Positions 58,854 through 64,000 of a stretch of DNA of 64,000 nt are shown here, in pieces. The translations under genes and the position numbers were made by a program. The stretch comes from an uncultured Flavobacteriales bacterium. Its GTDB lineage: Bacteria > Bacteroidota > Bacteroidia > Flavobacteriales_D > Sanyastnellaceae. The notes below the pieces were generated by a model. It searched no databases. It was not told where the DNA came from and saw only the letters and a program-made list of their open reading frames with translations. Every line of letters begins with the position of its first letter. Within the stretch, counting starts at the first letter, position 1. The stretch spans positions 12,619 through 76,618 of the forward strand of contig CBFHLY010000014.1 in the NCBI GenBank assembly GCA_965656785.1. Reading direction: 5' to 3'.

Positions 58854-59585
58854 ATGTCACTGCATTCCCCTACCCTGCAAGCACAATGGTTGACCCAAGG
58901 AGCGCTGGATGTCGAGTACAAGCAGTACTTGTTTTTGGCCTGGTTGCAACGCGTTCGCCAGCAATTTGACGCCGGACGGGTTTATCCTTCGCTCGGAGAA
59001 GTCATTGATCATCATCGGTTTATGAACGCTTTTGCGCGGGCGCGGGCGGCTTGGCAATCCGGGACTTCCCGCTCCATCGCCGGCATCGATTGGGCGCACC
59101 TTCGGCTCATTTTCGAACAGGATGAGCCGATGGGCCATGCGGAATTGGAGGCGTACTTCGAGGCGTGTTTGGCGTTCGCGTTGCCGGAGTTGGACCGCGT
59201 GCTCGAGGAGGGGCGGGAGCTGTTCGACTGGATCGAGGAGCATTTGGAGGTGATGCCGGTGGGGGTGGTGCCGATTTATCGCGGGGATGGGTACGTTTTG
59301 GTCTACGATGAGAGCCAGCATTTTCTGCGCACCTACCGCTATGCCAAAAGCTGGATCCAACTCGACGACGATCGGATGATTCAACTGTCGCTCGAGCCCA
59401 TCGAACAGCGGTACAAGCTGCTGAGCGAGTCGTTTGAAAGCGTGAAACTGGGACTGATTCGGCGGTTCAAAGACCTGCCCAACCCCGCGACCTACCTGGT
59501 GCGGGCATCGATGGGCTTTCCGCTGCAGGAAACCCTACTGCCCATTGCGAAACGCATGCTGCTCCGGGAACTGCAAGGGCGCTGA
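58854..59585 (+). CDS. hypothetical cytoplasmic protein
   Basis: 243-aa ORF starting at ATG 58854. Amino-acid composition is balanced, unlike the shadow ORFs. No signal peptide and no motif I recognise. Confidence 0.55.
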   Translation: MSLHSPTLQAQWLTQGALDVEYKQYLFLAWLQRVRQQFDAGRVYPSLGEVIDHHRFMNAFARARAAWQSGTSRSIAGIDWAHLRLIFEQDEPMGHAELEAYFEACLAFALPELDRVLEEGRELFDWIEEHLEVMPVGVVPIYRGDGYVLVYDESQHFLRTYRYAKSWIQLDDDRMIQLSLEPIEQRYKLLSESFESVKLGLIRRFKDLPNPATYLVRASMGFPLQETLLPIAKRMLLRELQGR

Positions 59586-59607
59586 GGGGATTCCGTATCA
59601 TTGAGCC

Positions 59608-62025
59608 ATGAAAGGATGGCTTTGGGCGGCGTTGGCCGTCGGTTTGGGATGCGGGCGCTCGGCGGCACCGGAGGCCGTGGAATTGGAGGCGGGCTGGGTG
59701 CTCGATGGGATCGGCTCGGTGGAAGTGCCGGGGCACGTGTTGCTGGAATTGGAGCGGGCGGGACGGGTTCCGAACGCGTTTTTGGGGACCAACGAAGGGG
59801 CGGTCCAATGGGTCGAAGATTCGGTTTGGACGTATCGATTGGAGTTGGTGCGGCCGGAGGGCTGGTCCGCCGGCGATGCGACGTTCCTGGTGTTTGACGG
59901 GCTGGACACGTATGCGACGGTGGAAGTGGATGGGGCGGTGGTGCTCGAGGCGAACAACGCGCTCCGGACTTGGCGCAGCGCGGATTTCCCGTTGAGCGAA
60001 GGCGGGCACGAGCTGGTGGTGCGCTTCGATCCGGTGGCGGCCCGTGGACTTGAGGCCGCTGGGGGTTCATTGCCCGCGAGCAATGAACCCCGGCCCATCG
60101 GTGAGCAGAGCAGTCCCTACACGCGGAAGGCCCCGTACCAGTTCGGCTGGGACTGGGGGCCACGACTTGCGGGCCCTGGCATCACGGGGACGGTGCGGTG
60201 GGTGAACCCATCGGCGGGCGGCTGGACCGATGCTCCGACGCCGTGGTGCGAAGTGCTCACGGCTTCCACGGCCTCTGCGCGGGTGGCGGTGCACGGCCGG
60301 GCCGGCTGGGCGCTGGAAGGGGACTGGAACTGGGACGGGGACACACTCGTCCTCGAGCAACCGGCGCTGTGGTGGCCGCGCGGAATGGGCGATCAGCCGC
60401 TGTACACCCTGCCGTGGCGGCATGAAGCCACCGGGGTAGAGCGCACGACCCGCCTTGGATTGCGCACGCTCGAGTGGGTCCAAACCCCCGACGCTTTCGG
60501 CCCCCAATTCGCCCTCCACGTCAACGGCGTCCCAATCCACGCGCGCGGCGCAAACATCGTCCCGCCGGATTTCCATGAGGTGCGCGCCGCTTCAAGGTGG
60601 ATTGAACCGGTGGTGCAGGCGGTTTCGGCGAACATGAACATGCTGCGGGTTTGGGGTGGCGGCATCTACCCGCCGGAGTCGTTTTTTCAGGCGTGCGATG
60701 AGGCGGGGGTGCTGGTTTGGCAGGACTTCGCCTTTGCTTGCTCCATGGTGCCGGGCGATGCAGCCTTCCTGGCCAACTTGGAAGCGGAGGCGCGCGAGCA
60801 AGTGGGGCGGCTGCGGCACCACGCGTGCCTTGCGCTTTGGTGCGGCAACAACGAAGTGGAACGGGCGTGGTACGAATGGGGGTGGCAGGACCTATACGGC
60901 CTACACGGGGCGGACAGCGCGCGGGTTTGGGCGGATTACGAAGCGGTCTTCAACGACCTGTTGCCGCGCGTGGTGGCGGAGGAGAGCGATGCGTTTTACT
61001 GGCCGTCGTCGCCCAACCGCGGGGAAGGCGGGGACGAGCACGCGTGGGGCATTTGGTTTGGGCTGGAGGATTTCGATTACTACAGCCGGCACCGGGGGCG
61101 GTTTGCGAGCGAGTACGGCTTGCAGAGCTTGCCGGATCGGCACACGCTGCGGGAGGCGGGCGTCGAGTCGTTCGGCGATTCCGCGCTGCAGTACCGCCAG
61201 CGGAGCCGCATGGATTGGCTGGAGCCCGGGTTCGACGGGTGGGACATGATGCTGCACTTCATGGGGAAGGCGGTGGGGGCGCCGGCGGACGGGGATTTGG
61301 ACGACTGGATCTTCCGAAGCCAAACCACGCAAGCCCTGGGCCTCGAGCACGCCCTCGAACGCCACCGCACCAGCGCCAGCCGCTACGCCGGTTCGCTCTA
61401 CTGGTCCCTGAACGACGTGTGGCCCGCGGTCTCCTGGTCCACCGTCGACTGGGCAGGCCGCTGGAAACTCGGCCACTACGCCGCCCGCCGTGCGAACGCG
61501 CCCCGCGCGGTCCTTTGGCAACGCGAGCGCACGGACTCCCTCGTTTTCATTGCCTTCAACGATGGCCCTTCCCCGTGGCGCGATACGGTTCGGTTTGAAT
61601 TGAAGACCCCTGACGGGCAAGTTCGGCGCAGCGTCCAACGCGCCATCGATTTGGCGCCCCACAGCAACGCAGCGCTTGCCTTGGATGCGATGGCGGCTTG
61701 GGCCGCGGATCCGACGCATACCTACCTCGGCTGGACGTCGAGCGAAAGCCGCCGCACGGCGCTGTGGACGGTACCTATGAACTACATGCCGCCCCAAGGC
61801 GACCTCGAAATGAGCGGCATCGAGGGTGGAATTGAAATCACCTCCACCGTTCACCTTCCCGTGGTGCGGCTGGAGGCAAACGTTCCCGGGTGGTTTGAAG
61901 ACAACGGATTCGCCTTGGAAGCCGGGGAAACACGGCAGGTTTCATTTGAAACTGAAGCAGCACCTCCCACACGGTTTACCGCGCGGAGTTTGCGCGCGGA
62001 AGCGGCGTGTCAAGCGGTCAATTGA
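59608..62025 (+). CDS. GH2 beta-mannosidase
   Basis: 805 aa with a signal/lipobox-like N-terminus (ALAVGLGCG). It shows FLVFDGLDTYATVEVDG, VLVWQDFAFAC and the catalytic region ALWCGNNE. Confidence 0.85.
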   Translation: MKGWLWAALAVGLGCGRSAAPEAVELEAGWVLDGIGSVEVPGHVLLELERAGRVPNAFLGTNEGAVQWVEDSVWTYRLELVRPEGWSAGDATFLVFDGLDTYATVEVDGAVVLEANNALRTWRSADFPLSEGGHELVVRFDPVAARGLEAAGGSLPASNEPRPIGEQSSPYTRKAPYQFGWDWGPRLAGPGITGTVRWVNPSAGGWTDAPTPWCEVLTASTASARVAVHGRAGWALEGDWNWDGDTLVLEQPALWWPRGMGDQPLYTLPWRHEATGVERTTRLGLRTLEWVQTPDAFGPQFALHVNGVPIHARGANIVPPDFHEVRAASRWIEPVVQAVSANMNMLRVWGGGIYPPESFFQACDEAGVLVWQDFAFACSMVPGDAAFLANLEAEAREQVGRLRHHACLALWCGNNEVERAWYEWGWQDLYGLHGADSARVWADYEAVFNDLLPRVVAEESDAFYWPSSPNRGEGGDEHAWGIWFGLEDFDYYSRHRGRFASEYGLQSLPDRHTLREAGVESFGDSALQYRQRSRMDWLEPGFDGWDMMLHFMGKAVGAPADGDLDDWIFRSQTTQALGLEHALERHRTSASRYAGSLYWSLNDVWPAVSWSTVDWAGRWKLGHYAARRANAPRAVLWQRERTDSLVFIAFNDGPSPWRDTVRFELKTPDGQVRRSVQRAIDLAPHSNAALALDAMAAWAADPTHTYLGWTSSESRRTALWTVPMNYMPPQGDLEMSGIEGGIEITSTVHLPVVRLEANVPGWFEDNGFALEAGETRQVSFETEAAPPTRFTARSLRAEAACQAVN

Positions 62026-62402
62026 GGCGGGAGCTGATCCGAGCCGTCTCGGTTGTAGACGAGTTGGGCATCCAACCGCACTTCTTGACGCCAAACCGGT
62101 GAACTGCTCGACTCCCAATGGATCACGTCGACGTGGTAGGGCCACCAGAGCTCGTCGATTTGGTCCATGACCGCCAGCCGGTCATCGAATGTGAATTCGC
62201 GGCCCAACACGCACAAATCGACGTCCGAACCCTTCCGGTGAGTCCCCCGAGCTCGGGAACCGAACAGCACCACCGCCTCGATGCTCGGGTGGGAAGCAAA
62301 CACGCTACACAACCCATCCCAAAAAGACTGGCGAATGCCCCAACAAACCGGCTCAATCCGATCCGCCCGCGCAATGATTTCGAGCCGCTTCTTCAAGTCC
62401 AT
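62010..62402 (-). CDS. minimal nucleotidyltransferase (MNT / MntA-like antitoxin)
   Basis: 130 aa with VVLFGSRARGTHRKGSDVDLCV (GSxxRG ... DxD Pol-beta NTase motif). Confidence 0.85.
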   Translation of the reverse strand: MDLKKRLEIIARADRIEPVCWGIRQSFWDGLCSVFASHPSIEAVVLFGSRARGTHRKGSDVDLCVLGREFTFDDRLAVMDQIDELWWPYHVDVIHWESSSSPVWRQEVRLDAQLVYNRDGSDQLPPQLTA

Positions 62403-62787
62403 GCAAGGCCCTAAAATACGTGCCCCGGATTTTCTGCAACACCGGCTGAATCATCGCCCGGTCGTAAACATGCGTCGTCACGTTGCGGCTTTGAAGCATC
62501 GACATCCACACTTCACCATCGTCAACCCAACCCTCAGCGGTGGCCCAACGAATGGCAGCACGCGGACCGCCAAGCCCTTGCCCATTGAGGTCTTTCTCCA
62601 CATCCTGCAACAGCTTCCATCCCAATTCGAAGCAGTACTCGAACCGCTGAATCAAGCCCTCCTCCTCCATCGTCAATTCCTCATCATCCGCTCGTGTACG
62701 CACCAAGGCGATGCCTTGCTCGAGGCGCCTCATGGCCCGACCGAAAGCCTCGAGGCGCAGTTCAAATCGGTTCAACCGGGGTTCCAT
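62353..62787 (-). CDS. HEPN-domain protein (HI0074-type nucleotidyltransferase substrate-binding family, HepT-like toxin)
   Basis: The start is MEPRLNRFELRLEAF (ATG 62787; the ORF track starts at 62877). The Rx4H motif is in LQSRNVTTHVYD, and the family pattern GLIQRFEYCFELGWKLL is present. Confidence 0.85.
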   Translation of the reverse strand: MEPRLNRFELRLEAFGRAMRRLEQGIALVRTRADDEELTMEEEGLIQRFEYCFELGWKLLQDVEKDLNGQGLGGPRAAIRWATAEGWVDDGEVWMSMLQSRNVTTHVYDRAMIQPVLQKIRGTYFRALHGLEEAARNHCAGGSD

Positions 62788-62879
62788 GAAGCGAACATAG
62801 GTGAAGGGCCCTGAAAATAGAAGGGGCGATTCACCACTGAATCGCAGAAATTCACCAGCGGGTGCGTATTTTTCCAAGC

Positions 62880-64000
62880 ATGAAGCATTGGACCTGGTGC
62901 CTGATCATCTTCGCTTGGATGGGCTGCCGCGAGGAGGAACCCGCTGCCGCCGGCCCCACCGCCCCGCTCGCCGTCGCGAAGTCGAACCCGCTGCCCGTCC
63001 TCGCCCATGTCATGCCGTGGTTCGAAACGCTTCAACACGACGGCGCTTGGGGCCACCACTGGACCATGGCCCACGCCCAGCCGTGGACGACCGGCGGCGA
63101 CGGGTTGCCGGACGTCGCCTCGCATTACCATCCCCTCATCGGCCCGTATTCCAGCTTCGACGAGGACGTGCTGGAGTACCACACGTTGCTGATGAAGTAC
63201 AGCGGGATCGACGGGGCCATCATCGACTGGTATGGCACGAGCGGGTTGCTGGATTATGGGCGCATCGACGAGGCTACGGAGGCGCTGATTGCCGCGTTGC
63301 GCAGGGCCGGGCTGGAATATGCGTTGATGTACGAGGACCGAACGTTGGCGAATGTGCCGGCCGGGCAGGCTGCGCTGGATTGGGCGCACATCGCGGGGCG
63401 ACATTTCACGGACACCGCGTATTTCCGGGTGGAGGGCGAGCCGTGGGTGGGGGTGTTTGGGCCGATTGAGTTGGAGACGCCCGAGGAATGGGCGGCCGTA
63501 GGGGTGAGCGGGCGGACACATGCGATTTGGGGGGAGGGCGCCGAGATGGGGGCGGTGGGCGAGTTTGCGTGGATTTGGGGCGGTGGGGGCGTGGATCATT
63601 TGGCGGCGGTCGCGGCGTTCAGCGAGGGGCCGGGGGCGCGGACGGGCGTGGCGTATCCGGGGTTCAAGGATTTTTATGCGGACGGGGGGTGGGGCGCTGG
63701 TTTGGGCTGGGAAATCGCTCACAATCAAGGCCAAACCCTGCTCGACCTCCTCGAAATCGCCTCCAACGCCGACCTCGACGCCCTCCAACTCGCCACCTGG
63801 AACGACTTCGGCGAGGGCACCATGATCGAACCCACGCACGAGTTCGGCTTCAGCCCCCTCGAAAGCGTGCAGGGCTTCACCGGCGTCGCCTACGGCCTCC
63901 CCGAGCTCGAGCTCATCCACGAACTCTACCTCGCGCGAAAGGCCCACGCCGGCGACCCGGCAGCCCAAACCCTCCTCGATGAAGCCTTCCGCCTCCTCGT
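62880..64000 (+). CDS. GH99-like glycoside hydrolase lipoprotein (partial, runs off the window)
   Basis: Hand translation from ATG 62880 gives MKHWTWCLIIFAWMGC (lipobox). It continues ...SHYHPLIGPYSSFDEDVLEYHTLLMKYSGIDGAIIDWYG...LATWNDFGEGTMIEPT. The frame is open to 64000. The track lacks it because it is truncated. Confidence 0.7.
   Translation, partial: MKHWTWCLIIFAWMGCREEEPAAAGPTAPLAVAKSNPLPVLAHVMPWFETLQHDGAWGHHWTMAHAQPWTTGGDGLPDVASHYHPLIGPYSSFDEDVLEYHTLLMKYSGIDGAIIDWYGTSGLLDYGRIDEATEALIAALRRAGLEYALMYEDRTLANVPAGQAALDWAHIAGRHFTDTAYFRVEGEPWVGVFGPIELETPEEWAAVGVSGRTHAIWGEGAEMGAVGEFAWIWGGGGVDHLAAVAAFSEGPGARTGVAYPGFKDFYADGGWGAGLGWEIAHNQGQTLLDLLEIASNADLDALQLATWNDFGEGTMIEPTHEFGFSPLESVQGFTGVAYGLPELELIHELYLARKAHAGDPAAQTLLDEAFRLL

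Noticed and set aside
62772-63968. 398-aa minus-strand ORF (and the 62801..63469 plus-strand ORF) at the right end of the window
   Set aside because: A third frame (plus strand, from ATG 62880) is open to the window end. It encodes a lipobox plus GH99-like motifs (HYHPLIGPYSSFD, WNDFGEGTMIEPT). The listed ORFs are R/P/G-rich shadows.

Overview
GC-rich bacterial chromosomal segment. Gene content and sequence quirks point to Bacteroidota: a DnaG whose zinc-finger region has no cysteines (GLSPFTNEKTPSF), a TonB-dependent receptor, a propeller/Y_Y_Y sensor kinase with a LytTR regulator, a TPR/LolB-like/M23 cluster, and many lipobox lipoproteins. I found about 50 protein genes and one tRNA-Val(GAC). 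I found no rRNA, CRISPR array, transposase, integrase or phage genes. From about 0.4 to 35.6 kb the window is tightly packed housekeeping: recJ, dnaG, two two-component systems, prs-ctc-pth, nadD-gmk-yicC, ispB, hmgA-hppD, an ABC/HlyD/TolC exporter, dut, an EnvC-like M23 protein and feoB. Many gene junctions there are ATGA/TGATG overlaps. From about 36 to 64 kb the content is more accessory. It holds a repeat-rich secreted protein, a large polytopic membrane protein, recQ, a GH81 glucanase, an arginine -> agmatine -> putrescine -> (homo)spermidine-type polyamine operon, a DUF389-like protein, a TonB-dependent receptor, a desaturase, a 1100-aa reprolysin-like metalloprotease, small lipoproteins, a GH2 beta-mannosidase, a HEPN/MNT toxin-antitoxin pair and a GH99-like hydrolase. 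I cannot name a clear-cut new system. The leads most worth following are: (1) the tripartite exporter's ABC protein has lost the catalytic Glu, the LSGGQ signature and the H-loop His, and it sits next to an orphan canonical tandem-NBD ATPase; (2) a 97-aa very acidic protein with a single lysine is translationally coupled to the deoxyhypusine-synthase-like gene; (3) cysteine-flanked dockerin-like calcium-loop segments and a recurring C-x-D-x-x-A-C-N-Y-D mini-module occur in several secreted proteins that show no obvious T9SS C-terminal domain. Because of the GC content, the ORF track holds many long antisense shadow ORFs and 5' over-extensions, which I rejected.
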